In this document: in pieces, positions 23,828 to 36,420 of the stretch | Layout: each line of letters starts with the position of its first letter | How positions within the stretch are numbered: position 1 is the first letter of the stretch | NCBI GenBank assembly: GCA_008632985.1 | Contig: QPGO01000089.1 | Location: forward strand, 186,001-250,000 | Direction of reading: 5' to 3' | Source: Psammoneis japonica | Lineage: Eukaryota | Length of the DNA: 64,000 bases | Notes under the pieces: generated by a model | What the model saw: the letters and a program-made list of their open reading frames with translations, nothing else | Databases searched by the model: none | Told to the model about the DNA's origin: nothing | Made by a program: the position numbers and the translations under genes

Positions 23828-26800
23828 ATGACTCGACGTCAAAGTGCTTTTATGCAACGTGGATCTTGGGTTCTGCCAAATCGAGGTCGTCTCTCGATTT
23901 CGAGTCGCCGAAAGCTAGTAGCACACCAAGCGACGCTTGACAACACTATATTTGACAGCAGCTTAGGCTGTCCACTCGGAAGCTATGAGGATGCCACTCT
24001 TGCTTTGGTAGGAGGCAAGGCGCTCCAGTGCTGGCGCCTCATGAAACATGGTCTCGATGTGCCTCCAGCATTCATTGTGCCGACCTATGTATACTCAATG
24101 CATATTCACAACGCTGGTGTGGTAGAATTGATTGAGGAGGTGTTTTCTAGCAATCTTCTTGATGAATATATTCGTAAGGAGACCGAAAGTAAGCTCTCCG
24201 AAATTCGTAAAAGAATCATGAACACACCGCTGAACAACGACGTTGTGGGGAATCTTGAAACCTTCTTGGATTCCCTGGGCCAAGGTACAACAGTGGCGGT
24301 CCGCTCGTCTGGAACGGCAGAAGATTTGTCGTCACAGTCTTTTGCTGGTCAATATGATACTTTTCTGTACAAGTCCACGACACAAGATGTTTGTGAGAGC
24401 ATCAAGGCGTGCTGGGCGAGCATGTTTAAGCCTCACATTTTGAATTATGTCAAGCGTCCCAGCGATTTAGATCTCAAGGGCGAGCCTTTGACAAACGAGC
24501 CCTCGACCTATCGTCTGGGAAAGATGAAGCCTCCTCAAATGGGAGTGCTGGTTATGAAAATGGTGGAGGCTACCGCGGCTGGCGTTTGCGTTTCACAGGT
24601 ATGCAAGGCGCGTTCGTGCTATCATCATGTCTGCTGTGTTTCGCGTTTGTTTATATTCTAACTTCTATTGTTGCTGTGTTGCATAGAATCTTTGGGGCTC
24701 CGTTGATGAAGTAATGATCGAGGCAGTGTATGGACAAGGAGAAGGCTTGGTTGGGGGCGAGATCACGCCAGATCGCTACGTCTTCAACAAGCTCAGCAAG
24801 AAACTGGTTTATCAGCAGTTGCACAAACAAACCCATAAATTTATCCGATCCGAGAATATGAATGGGGTTGACAAGGTTGAACTGAAGGATGATGTTGATG
24901 TACCTGTTCTTTCCAATTCTCAGCTCTTGGAGATTGTATCAGCGGCTCGTGCAGTGGAGGAGTATTACAATCGCCCTCAAGACATTGAATGGGCTCTCGA
25001 TGCCAATGGCAAGATAAAGATTATACAGGCGCGGCCTATCACAACCCTGGACAACAATCTATCCTTCTTGCCACCCGGTGAAGGGTTGTGGACGTACGAT
25101 CCAGTTCACTTTCCTCGTCCCTTTTCACCATGGATGCAAGATACTTACAGCTTTGCCTATTGCGACGAACGAGGGAAACGTACAGGATGCTTGATGAAAA
25201 CTGTTGAATTTAGATTCGTCCACGAGTTTGCATTCACCCAACCAGTCATGCGTCCACCTTCTGATGCATTGGAACGTGCAGCCGAGGCCTACTGGACCAA
25301 GAGGCAGTACGAGGACGACTATCGCGAGTTTAGAGACTTCTTCATTCCCGAATGCAAAGCGCTCCATGATGAGTTGCTTGCTGTTAACCCTTCTTCGCTA
25401 AGCCATAGAGAGTTGGTCAAGCACGTGGCTCGCTGCTTTGACTTGTCTACCGAGTTTTGGAAGCTTCATCATTCTTACTCCATCCCTGCTACAGTAGTAG
25501 TTGGCGATTTCATGATTCGCATGGGAGAATTGATGAACAAGGATCCTATGGAAACATTGGTGCTATTGGAAAGTGCTTCACCTGAATCACGAGGGCTTTT
25601 GAACCGCAACGATCCTCTTTTGGCGAATATGTACGAGCTTCTGCTAGAATCTCAAGCGGCAATGGCATTATTGCAAGTCGACGAGAGCAAAGCATCATGG
25701 GCTGTTGATTGTCTTTTACACCTACCCGGAGAGCTTGGAGAAGTTATGCGGGAAGTCATGTTACGCTACGGATGGCGTTTGGCGGGATACGATCTCGTTA
25801 ATCCTGCAATCATTGAGACGCCATCATTCTTTCTCAAGACGTTGTACTCGGGAACGCAGGAGGATCCAAACGCTTTTCAGAATGCAGGAGCTCGTGTACT
25901 GGAAACAGCCAAAAAATGGAAGGAATCCTTACCGCTTGATAAACACGACGAGTTTGATGCCGTTTTGGACCTTGGACGACGCTTCTTTCGAATTCGGGAC
26001 GAGCGTGGTCTCTGGACGGATTTGTCTGGCGTCGGCTTGTGTCGGCGTGGATTGCTCGAAGCGGGGCGCCGTTTGGTAGAGCATAGCATTATTTACAAAG
26101 CCGAGCACTTGTGTGTGACTCGAAAGCATGAGGCCATTGCGCTGCTTGGTGGCGACCTCGGTTGCCTTTCCAGCCAACAGAGTCGCGTGACTGTGGGTCC
26201 CGTGGATGTGCCGACTCCTCGCGAGTTGGAACGGCGATACAGCTACATATGCCAGGCAGCAGATCCAAGCACGATACCGCGTGCGCTTGGAGTTTCTCCC
26301 CCTGAGCCCATTGTGGCACAACTCCCACCGAACATTCGTAGAACCATGGAAGCTGTTGCAGTTGGCATGAAGGGTGTGTGGGATGAAGGCCAGGGCGGCA
26401 ACACGGAAAACGACGACATTGAAAACAACCCTGATGTAGTGAAGGGACTTGCAGCTTCTACGGGAGTGGTTAAGGGTTCATGCTGTCTGGTGTTAAATGA
26501 TGGAGATTTGCAAAAGGTCAAAAAAGGCGACGTGATTGTGACCTTTTCATGCTCGGCGTCTTTCAATTGTGTCCTTGGCCTTTGCGCCGGAATCTGCACC
26601 GATTATGGTGGAATGCTAAGCCATGCTGCGAGTAAGTAGCAGAACTGTGTGTCCGTATGCTTTGTTCCCTTTCAGTTCTAGCATCTGAAGGTCCTTTGAT
26701 TGCTATTTTGAAGTTGTTGCGAGAGAGTACGGAATCCCAGCTGTGGTGGGAACGCAATCGGCGACAAACAAATTCAGGGTAAGGCTTCATTTTGATTCGT

Positions 26801-26932
26801 CGCCATTCATTGCCAGGCAGCTCGGCACTTATAGTTGATTTCGTTACTCCCTTCTGTCACATTTTTCAGGATGGGGATACAATACGTGTCGATTGTGGCA
26901 CCGCTAAGGTCCAACGGATATCTCGAGCGTGA
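23828..26932 (+). CDS. PEP-synthase-family enzyme with rifampicin phosphotransferase/PigC-like architecture (exons 23828-24598, 24687-26631, 26714-26778, 26870-26932)
   Basis: VGGKA, VAVRSSGTAED..SFAGQYDT, GQGEGLVGG..TPD, PQDIEWA, IIQARPIT, a central helical domain, then spliced GGMLSHAAIVAREYGIPAVVG...DGDTIRVD at the C-terminus. Confidence 0.9.
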
Positions 26933-27189
26933 TGCAGTCGTGTATTTTTTAAATCTTCCCGCAAGAGCTAGCTAACTAGAATGCATTTTTTTATGTTGCT
27001 CAGAAGTACCACCCTTAGAAAAGGTCATGATAACATGTGCTTCTCTAGTCCTTCTGCATCGGCATTGTTGCCGCCAGTTTCTTATCAGTCTTGGAAGCGT
27101 CCCCAGCTGTCGCCATTTTCAAAGCCAAGTTGCCGGATTCTGTCATCAAAGGTGCTCTCACTGAAAGATGCGGCGTATTAATTACAATG

Positions 27190-28900
27190 ATCGAGCTGTG
27201 TGACAAAAGATGGGCCCGAGTCATCTGCCAATTGCAGGAACTTTGCAGCTGAAAGCTGATGACATTTTGCATTCGACTCGTGATTCCCAACACCACTGGA
27301 GTAATTTCCCATGAGGTGGAATTGTGAATTGTGAATTTTGCTGCATGTTCTCAGGAACCGTGTTGCACATGTCAGGCTTCTGTCCAACAGAACAAGGTGT
27401 AGAAGCCACAAGCACCAGCAGACGAGTTGGGGATTTTCCAGTGACTTTATTTTCCTTTTCATTGCTGTGAGTGCCAATTCACCATGTGGGCCCTTCCACT
27501 GATCTTTTTGCACACTGCTCAGTCCACTTTGCTGGTGCTTTGTATTTGTTGTTGTTTCTTGGCAAAGGCAATGAGCCTTCACACAAGACAGTGGAGTTGG
27601 CTCCCAACAAACTTCACAATGAGATTTGTCCTCTGCAATCAGCCAACCACCCTTGCGGTCATCTCCAAACTGGGCAAACACAGCCAGAACTGTGTGGCGT
27701 CAGAATCAACATGGGCAAACACAGCACACTCAAAAAGGCCCATTTGACACACACCTCTCTGACATCTTTCACACATCCTTGTTGCCATTGTCTCTCTTTG
27801 GGACTTTTGCAGCTGAGCAAGACACTCAAACAGAAGAAAGATGGGAGAAGAAGCAAGTCAAGCTGCAGGGCACCTGAAGCTCCAAGAACAGGGAACTTCC
27901 AAAGCCTGCAAAGAAGAAGAGAAAGAGTGCACACCTGCTCTGTCCTGAGATCTGCCTTGTTTGCCATTGTCTCTCTTTGGTGGTCAGATGCCCAAAAATT
28001 GGAGAAAAGAGGAACAAGCAGCAAGCCAAGCTGCGGGGCACCTGACAAAGCTCTCCGAGAATGGGGCACTTTCAAAGCACCTCTTGCAGTGCTGCAAGAG
28101 CTTTGTGCAAATGGGCTTGTGCAAGGGACAGAGATGCTGTGAGGCTGGTCACTGCAGGAGACCTCTGCCTTCTGCATTTGAGCTTTTTCACTTCTCAAAA
28201 TTGCTGCAAGACCCATGTGAGAAGTCAGGGCCAGTGGGCAGCTCAACCAGGCATGCCCCACTCCACAACCCCTGCTGCCGCTGTGGCCATGCAGCAGCTG
28301 CCTTTCTTATTTGCTTGTTCCAGTTGTGCCAGATCAGGAACTTTGGCTGGCTGGCTGGCTGGAAAATGCCCCTCACATGCCCAGCCAAGCAGCTGAAAAC
28401 ATGTGCAGGAAAGCCACAATGATGTGCCCCCCTCAAAACAGGCAACCAAGGTCAGCAAATTTGCCCCCAGAGGCCCGCTGCAAAAAGCAGCCAGTCATGA
28501 GAGCCATGAGCAGAGTCCAAGCCCCCCAAGCTGCTCCAACTTGACATTGGTTTTCCAGCCTGCTCTGTCTCCTCGGGGGGGTGTTCGCAGAGATCTCTCA
28601 GCAGCTTGTCTCGCCCACCATGCTTGTGTCTGGCAAGCAAGGATGAGCACAAGAACCTGCCTCAAAGAATGGAAAAGCAGGGTGCACCCAGCAAGAGCAA
28701 AGAGAACATGTTGGTGTTAGAAACCCAACCAAAGTTGCTCAAGCAGCATCGTGTGTTTTCATTCTGCCCCTTCTCTCCAGCCATCGCAGGCAGCGTGACG
28801 GCACACAGCAAAGCTGCTGCTGTTGTGGACCTTGGCGGAGCTTGCATGACAAATGGCACATTGGGCAGTTGTCAAGTGACTGCTGAGCTTGCCACCATTA
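27190..28900. other. TpA- and CpG-depleted block 5
   Basis: TA and CG nearly absent; no recognisable family; flanked by a CTAG tract near 26967 and a CTAG/CG-rich tract at 28915-29160. Confidence 0.8.
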
Positions 28901-29369
28901 TTTCATAATGCAGCATCTCTAGCAGAGACTCTCTGGAGGAGGGCGAGAGTTGGAAGAACAAAAGCTGCAGTGAGACGGACGAACGTGCGACAGATGCGAT
29001 CGCGCACGCGCGAGCGAGAGCGATCGATCGATCGAGTGCGTGGCCGCGCCGCGGCTGCTATGCTCTGTGTCTGTCCATGACACGGCATCATCATTGAGAT
29101 GCCTTCGCGTGCGCGCGGAGTTTTGCTCTGCCTTTTTTTTCTGCGTTCGCGGACGGATGCGCCATGAGCAGATAGATGACGATCGCGACCAGCATTCAAC
29201 AACCAAACGCAGAGAAGACTCAATCGAAGTGAATTGATATCCCATATCCATCGTTTCTGTCATTTCGCTTGCTGAAAGAGAATTGTAATGAAGTTGAGAG
29301 TGATTCATGAGACTGTTTTGCTATTATAGATCCTTATGATTATGTTTATACGGTACTTTTGAAGAAACA

Positions 29370-30407
29370 ATGATGAATCAATTCATGATGGAAGTGTTGA
29401 AGAACGGGGCATATCTGACCCCGATGGGAGTATTCTTAGCACACGCCGCTATGCGGATAGCCGTCAAACGCCCTGGAAGACTATGGAATGTTTCAGTCAA
29501 GATCATCGTCTCTGCGACGTTTGCTTCGCTGCTCTTGAGTTTCATGACCTCAGAAGAAGAAGAAGAAGAAGGAGAGAATGATGCGGGTAGCGTATGGGAG
29601 TACATGATACCACGGATGATTCAGTTTTCGCTTGGCTTCTGTCTGGGCCTCCATGTCGGCGAATCTGTTCTTCCTGTAGCACTGACGGGAAGCATTGCCA
29701 CCGGCAAGTCCACCACGGCCCAACTTCTGCAAACACCGTCTGACTTGGGTTCCATATACCTTATAGATCTCGACAAGATTGCCCATGATATATTGCTGCC
29801 AAATAGCAGTAATTCGGTTTACACGCAAGTTATCCAAGCCTTTGCGGGTTACGACATTTTGCAAGAATCTGGTCCATCACCACGTTTGATTGACCGTCCA
29901 AAGTTGGGTGCAGTTGTGTTTAGCGATCCAGCAAAACGACGCACGCTCAATCGAATTACGCATCGAATGATTCGAACCGTCATGTTGAAGGAGATTGTCA
30001 AAAACTCCTTCCAATACCCCGTTGTTTGCGTTGATGTGCCGCTCTTGTACGAAGCTGGCATGGCTTTGAGAATACTGTTTGGCATTGAAATTGTCGTTGC
30101 TTGCACTCCGAGTCTTCAGTTCAAACGCTTGTGTGAGCGAAATCCTGATTTGACGGAGGACCAATGTCGGCAGCGGATCGAGAGCCAGATGACGGTGGAC
30201 AGAAAGGCGCAAATGGCCGACATTGTGATTTGGAACAACGGCACCCAACAAGAGCTAACGGAACGCGTGGCGCAAGTCCGACAAGATCTGTTTGACCGCA
30301 TTCACGGCGGCAAGCCAAGACTTCGATTGTCGCTCATGGTTTTCATTTTTGTTACCATTGTTCAATTGTACAGGTTCCTCCAAGCTGGTGGTGGTAATAG
30401 TAGTTGA
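29370..30407 (+). CDS. coaE: Dephospho-CoA kinase with membrane segments
   Basis: VALTGSIATGKST, IDLDKIAH, IDRPKLGAVVF, LNRITH, DVPLLYE, RIESQM, ADIVIWNNG. Confidence 0.93.
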   Translation: MMNQFMMEVLKNGAYLTPMGVFLAHAAMRIAVKRPGRLWNVSVKIIVSATFASLLLSFMTSEEEEEEGENDAGSVWEYMIPRMIQFSLGFCLGLHVGESVLPVALTGSIATGKSTTAQLLQTPSDLGSIYLIDLDKIAHDILLPNSSNSVYTQVIQAFAGYDILQESGPSPRLIDRPKLGAVVFSDPAKRRTLNRITHRMIRTVMLKEIVKNSFQYPVVCVDVPLLYEAGMALRILFGIEIVVACTPSLQFKRLCERNPDLTEDQCRQRIESQMTVDRKAQMADIVIWNNGTQQELTERVAQVRQDLFDRIHGGKPRLRLSLMVFIFVTIVQLYRFLQAGGGNSS

Positions 30408-30521
30408 GGAATCAAGCACCGCGACTCATACAGCGTCTCGTTTCACAGGTAGGTATGATAGGCACCGTCAGAGACAAGCTCAGCATCCAACGAAGTACAC
30501 GTAGTTGGAAAATGTTATTAG

Positions 30522-32502
30522 TTATAAATCAGTAAAACATGAAAGTCCACGCATGGAGATTCCAGTGTGGTCTTTGTGCACAGGCACAGCAACACCGGAT
30601 GCCTTGTCGATCCTGACATATGCGGACGCCAGATACGGAGCGTCTTCTGTCAAGCCGCCATAGTATTCTCCATCAGGACCAATTTCGAGGCTTCCGATTT
30701 TTGTCAACGGGTTTCTCTGCTCGTCCCTGATTAGTTTCTTTTCAACCGCCATACCGGACTTGAGACTGACCTTTATCAGCCTAGCTTGTTCTTCTCCCCC
30801 GGTCACTCCCCACATGACTGACTTTGTTCGATCAAACGCTAAACCAGAGATGACATTGAATCCTGTTGAGCCAATCTCTGCCAATTCGCCAGTCTGAGTA
30901 TCTACTCTTGTCAGCATCGAAGGCCCTGTGCTTTTTTCATTGAATGCTGCGTAAAGGATGCCATCTGCAACTTTCAGTGCTGAAACAGAGCCTGACTTAT
31001 GACTCATGCGGCTCACAATACTACCAGTGGAGGTGTCAATTTGATACAAGCTTGAGTCACCATCGCATCCTGATGCCCATAGTGTTCGATTTCTATCGTC
31101 ATACTCAACCTCAGACGTGCAGACGGGAAGGCTTACAACCACTTGCTTCAACCCTGTGGATGGGTCTATAACGTAAAGGTCTTTGTCGTCGGAAGCATAA
31201 AACCGATTGCCGCACACGGATGTAACCTCCTTCTCACTCGTTTTGCGCACCTTTTTGATAATTCTTTCACGCTCGTCATCAGTAATTACACCGTCACTGA
31301 CCATTGTACTTAGCTCCCTCCACATGCACCCGACGAATCGTTTTTGTCTCTTTTCTTGCGATCCACGTCGATTCTTGCCACCGTTAATGCAGCTTTGGGT
31401 CAGAGGAAGCATGATGTCATTGATGGAGCAGCCATTCTCAAAAATTATTCTATCTTGGATTCCTTTGACTTTTCGGCGCAGTACCATGACATCCCTACTG
31501 GTGTCGGTGAAGGGGCATCGATCACATGCATCTCCAAATGCGTCTTTGCTGCTACTGGGCGAAGAGATTTCAACTTCGTAGGCGCCACTTTTTCCTCCTC
31601 CGGTTTTGCTGCCCCCAGAATCAAATACAGCTACGGTGTAAATCCCTGTTTTTGGTACTCGATCTAGATGAAGCAGAGCGTCTTCGTGAGGTGCATCATC
31701 GGGACATTCGCTTGGTTTGCGTAATCCGTCGTCCGCCAAAGCAATATATTCCATTTGATCCTTGAGATCCGAGTAAGAGGCTTTTGACTCCGATTGTCCA
31801 TAAAACAGAAAGAAGGCCGGATCATGTTCACAGTTCCTACGTTTCACTGAAATGGAAACTTCTTGTCCTGCACGAAGCCATACTTTGTAATAGTCCCAAA
31901 CCCGTGTGCTCCCCATCGATCTGTACAAAACAAAACCTGTCGGGTTGGATGAGCCTGGTTTTGCACAAGTGAGCGTACCCGAATAAATTCCTTCAGTAGG
32001 AGGTCCGTATGGCATCTAGAATTAAGCAGGTGGTGCCACAAGCGTTAAGGGAGGGAATCATCAATACATGCTGAACTGCAAAACCAACGAATGAAATTTT
32101 GAAGCATTTACCTGCACGTTTATCGGGAACAAAGATGAAGGAAGTTTTGGATTTTCAGGGAGCGGCTTTTTGAGAGATTCTAACTGCCGATAGTTTCTTG
32201 GCATTGATATATTGTCAATTTCTCTGTCATTGTGTGCTAAGTCGGGCTTCTCCTAACACCAAGCAGAAGAGCGTGTGAGATGAAGTAAGAAAAGCATTGA
32301 GGTGACCTCATTATTATCTTACATTAGATGAGAGTCCGTTGTAGTATTCTCCGTGTATTCTTGAAGTGGCACCTCCTAAAGATTGGAAGCAGGCGGAGAG
32401 AAGTAAGTAAGAGGACAATGCGCAAACGTCATCGTTCTTTTAATCTTGAAACTCACGGTGCATCACAACAAGAAAAACGATCGCCTTTTTGAAAGGTTTC
32501 AT
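30522..32502 (-). CDS. Secreted mosaic protein: PPC-like domain, TSP3-like motif, helical module, beta-propeller-like C-terminus (4 exons; last exon 32015-30522)
   Basis: Spliced leader MKPFKKAIVFLVVMH; DYYKVWLRAGQEVSI...DPAFFLF...DDG...TGIYTV; DAFGDACDRCP; repeated LY.ID..TG strands. Confidence 0.75.
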
Positions 32503-33348
32503 GATAAAAAGTTTGAAAGAGAAGCTGGTTCTGTTGATTTTGCCTCTCTCACTCTCTCGTTTTCACTGCCGTGAACAACAGAGGCTAGCATGAGCATGAG
32601 ATTGTGAGAGATGCTCCCAGTCGATTCGCGTTTCTTGTCCCGCGCGAACTATACTTAACAGAGTCATTAATAGATATTTCTCCTCTAGTACCGGCAATAA
32701 GACACAATAAAAATTATGTCCGAATACAATGATTCGCTTTTGACACATAAAATCTTATCCTCTTGTATGCAACGTACGTCGCGTTTGTGTTGAACTGACA
32801 TTTTTCCGGTCACGCATCACCGCAAGAAACTCTTTCAGCACAAAAGAGAACTCACAACATGTTAGCACCGCACACTGTTCATAGCGTATCCACAGAATCG
32901 AATGACAGGTTGGCTTGGAGGACAAGGATGCAGTAGATCTCAATCTATCTTTGAGGAAGGTAGATTATCGGGAGATTCTCTAGCATTTTGTGTGCGGCAC
33001 CGCAGCCCTATTTCATCACGGTTGGAGGCATTTTCATATTCGGAACATCAAAGCTTTCAGTCTTCTCTAAATGATGGGTCTACTCTCCAGAAGAAGTGTG
33101 TTTCCCATCGTGTCTACTTCTTGATGATAATGATGCTGTCTGGAAACAACATATCGCATCATCCCGACGAAACCATGTAATCGTACTCAAGGAAAAAATG
33201 CCCATTATGCTTGGATTGGCCACTTCCATTTGGGTCTTAATCCTATTGAACAAAGACAAGGTACTGTTATGGGTATTCTTTCTTTTTCTGAAATATATTG
33301 CAACAAATGCGCAGTGATTCGAATGCATTGAAAAGCCGGACAAAGTCC

Positions 33349-35046
33349 TTAACATAGAGAATGCGGAACAGAGCAAGTGGACAGAAAATCCTTTGTCAGC
33401 CTTTCTATTTCATCGGGTCTCGAAAGGATATCTTCCTTCACTGCGGCCAGAAACGCGTCAATGTCGGCTTTGTTTGTCGGGATCCCAAACGATACGCGGA
33501 CGTAGCCTTGGTTCGCGTTCTTTTCAATCACTTCTTCAAGTCGTCCTTTCTTGCTCAAGCGATGCAAATGCTTGTTTACGAAGCCTTCAATATTGGACCC
33601 ATACTTGTTCAAGTAGGGCTCAAGGATCTGCAAAGAAGAACCGGGGTTGCAGAAACATCCGGTGCGAACGGCGATACCCCGAGACGACAAAGTCTCTTCA
33701 ACAATTTTGTGAGGCAAGAGACTGCCAGACGGCGCAAGAAATACAATCGCGAGAGCATGGCCTCTTTCCTCTGCTGAACTGATTTTCTGGGGAATTTCAA
33801 CCACGGGGGCTCCATTGCTCCACCTGAGTTTACGAAGCCTCGCTTCAAGCAGCGCCGAGAAGAACTTGACGTGGCGTCCTAGGTTCGCCATACCAATCTC
33901 GCTCCTCATGTACTTGATGCCAGCGAGGACAGCTGCTGTGCCTTGGAAGTTGATTGTGCCATCTTCGTACTGCTCGTGACGATCGGAACTGTAAGAGAAA
34001 GGGATACACCTCGTTGCACTTACGCCAACGAGGCGAACTGTCCCACCCGCAAACCAAGGTTTTTGAAGGCGTTTGAGGGCTGAGCGTTTCGCAACGAGAC
34101 AACCAATTCCGGTTGGAAATCCGAAGATCTTATAAAAGCTCATACAAAGAAACTCCGGTTTTCCTAAGTCATCTACATCCACCTCATTCGTGGGCATGAG
34201 AGCGGCAGAGTCAACCAACACATCCCATCCATTCTCGTGAGCGTGGTCAACATAGCGCTTTATGTCATGTCTGTAGCCACTGGAATTCGACTCTCCTGGC
34301 AAACCAACAAGTTTGTCGGCGGACGAGAATTTCATTGAGCAGCCCAATTCTCTCATACGTTTCGTATAACTAGCGAAATCGTAGCATAAGCTCCTCCCGA
34401 GTAGACTGAACCCGCCTATGCGAGCGTGTTTTGACTTGGCAAATTCAGAAATACCAAGGACTGAGTTGTGACAGTCGGGCGCATAGAGGAAAGCCCCGTG
34501 ACGAGTAAAAGGGTAACACTCGCCTACGATACGAAGCGCACCGGATGCATTCGAGGTCCACACAACTTCGTAGTCTTTTCGATCGGCGTTGATAAAGCTC
34601 AGAACCTCTTGGCGCGCTAGCATGTCAAACTCAGATGACAACAGGGACGGAGAATTCTGAGAATGTGGATTCCCGATAACTTTCTCTGTCAAGAGCTTGG
34701 CATGCTGATCGACGAGCTGCTTGGGAGCGAGCATCGCTCCAGTGTAATCAAGATACACACAATTGTTCTCATCCAGACAAGCGAAATCTCGATCCCGAAT
34801 CTTCTGGAACTTCTCTTCCAGAGCTTCTGGGTAATTGTACATCGTACGGAGCTCGTTCTCCAAAATGCTTTCAGGTATCTCAGGATCGTGGCACAGATTT
34901 GAGGAACTCTCATGGCTCAATCCTCGACTGCGAGATTCTTCTGTAGGAATTTCAGATGGCTTAGATTCCTCCACCTGGTCGTGCCTGCGACGCGAAGCGC
35001 AGGACCACGTGGATAGCCGCTTCATCGTTCTGTTTAGTTGTGGCAA
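33349..35046 (-). CDS. Molybdenum cofactor sulfurase-like class V PLP enzyme (no MOSC domain)
   Basis: YLDYTGA, GNPHS, HNSVLGI, SFYKIFGFPTGIG, YEDGTINF, RTGCFCNPG, VRVSFG. Confidence 0.92.
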   Translation of the reverse strand: MPQLNRTMKRLSTWSCASRRRHDQVEESKPSEIPTEESRSRGLSHESSSNLCHDPEIPESILENELRTMYNYPEALEEKFQKIRDRDFACLDENNCVYLDYTGAMLAPKQLVDQHAKLLTEKVIGNPHSQNSPSLLSSEFDMLARQEVLSFINADRKDYEVVWTSNASGALRIVGECYPFTRHGAFLYAPDCHNSVLGISEFAKSKHARIGGFSLLGRSLCYDFASYTKRMRELGCSMKFSSADKLVGLPGESNSSGYRHDIKRYVDHAHENGWDVLVDSAALMPTNEVDVDDLGKPEFLCMSFYKIFGFPTGIGCLVAKRSALKRLQKPWFAGGTVRLVGVSATRCIPFSYSSDRHEQYEDGTINFQGTAAVLAGIKYMRSEIGMANLGRHVKFFSALLEARLRKLRWSNGAPVVEIPQKISSAEERGHALAIVFLAPSGSLLPHKIVEETLSSRGIAVRTGCFCNPGSSLQILEPYLNKYGSNIEGFVNKHLHRLSKKGRLEEVIEKNANQGYVRVSFGIPTNKADIDAFLAAVKEDILSRPDEIERLTKDFLSTCSVPHSLC

Positions 35047-35390
35047 TGGTGGTGGTGTGCGGAGCTTGTGCTTTGTGCATACAGGACAGAAACGGTGCTA
35101 TCAGAATAACTTTTTGGGACTTCGTTGATAGTGGGGTTCGCTTGAGGCGGTCACGTACTGTGGTGTCAAGTCAGTCGTGGATGTCAGAAATGACCAATAA
35201 TAATATGAGGGCTGTTTGATCCTGTCTCGAGCTACGTACGACCGACCTACGACGGTGTTCCTGTTTCCTTTTGTTCTCGGACTACATGTGTATGTGTTGT
35301 TTGGTTGATCTGTTTAGCTGAGTTGAGACTGCGACTGAGTTTTGTTCTCATCGTTCGTGCGAAGCTTGGAATTGTATTGTGGTTTGAAGA

Positions 35391-36420
35391 ATGCTCTCCA
35401 CCACTCTTCAAATCCTCATCAAGCATGCCACACGCCCTTGCTAATCGTTCAGTGCGGTTCTGCGAGAAAGACTTGTGATTGCCATTGGAGGGAACGCAGT
35501 ACAGCGTCGTGATAAACGCCTAACGATTGAAAATGTGCTCAAGGGATCAGCCAATATGGCACCCACAATTGCTCAGTTAGCGGTAGAGCATGAAGTGGTG
35601 CTGACACACGGAAATGGCCCGTAAGATAGTGAACTCGCGTTGGAACGTGCTGCTGCCACGAGAAGCATGAGTCAAATAGGATTCGTACGAGCACAAGCTA
35701 AGCCTTGGTTTCTGTGCATTTTGATGCGGTGCCAATTCTGACTCAAGTGACGGTCGACCGACAAGCGATTCGTTCATGATTCAAGAATCCATCGAAGGTT
35801 GTTGGTCCGATTTCACGGAATGAAGGAAGCGCGTGCACTATCTGATCAGCTACACTGGACTGTCCAGGCCGATGATGAATACTATCGTCGAACTATTCCG
35901 TCGCCACCACCGCTGGAAATCTTGCAGTAGGAAGCGATTCGAACCCTGCTGGAAGAGCGACATGATTGCCTATTGTGGAGTTCCTGTGGCCATTGGTTGG
36001 TGTCGACACTGTCATTGACATAGACATGTGTGGGGCTCGTCTAGCAGTAGGCCCTGAAAGCTGACGGGGTAATCATCTTGACAGATGGATGTGGTATTCG
36101 GGAGAAATTCGGCAAGCGAGACGCTCGAGAAATGTCGAATGTCACGCCGGAGTATCTCGAAGGGACCAAAGCTGGCAAGTCCTTTCCCGGCGGCACGGGC
36201 CCAAAACTGCAAGCCGCTGTTTGTTTTTGTAAACAAATCAAAATCCGACTCTGTTTGGGGCCGACTCTGTCTGAGGCTGCTCTCGGTGACTTGACAGATG
36301 CAGCAAAGATAATGTCAAACGAGGATAGCACGTTTATCAAGAAGGACGTGGAGGGAGGAGTCGTTTGGAGAGCCGGAAAGTCAGGCCCGCAATCCCGACC
36401 GACCAAGGACCTCACAAGTC
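35391..36420 (+). pseudogene. Carbamate kinase pseudogene
   Basis: LVIAIGGNAVQRR, VVLTHGNGP*(TAA 35622-35624), YYRRTIPSPPPLEI, VIDID, ILTD, GPKLQAA; several stops, frameshifts and deletions. Confidence 0.88.

Noticed and set aside
23828..26932. Calling the gene canonical PEP synthase (ppsA) or PPDK
   Set aside because: The His-swivel domain is C-terminal and no pyruvate-binding TIM barrel follows it
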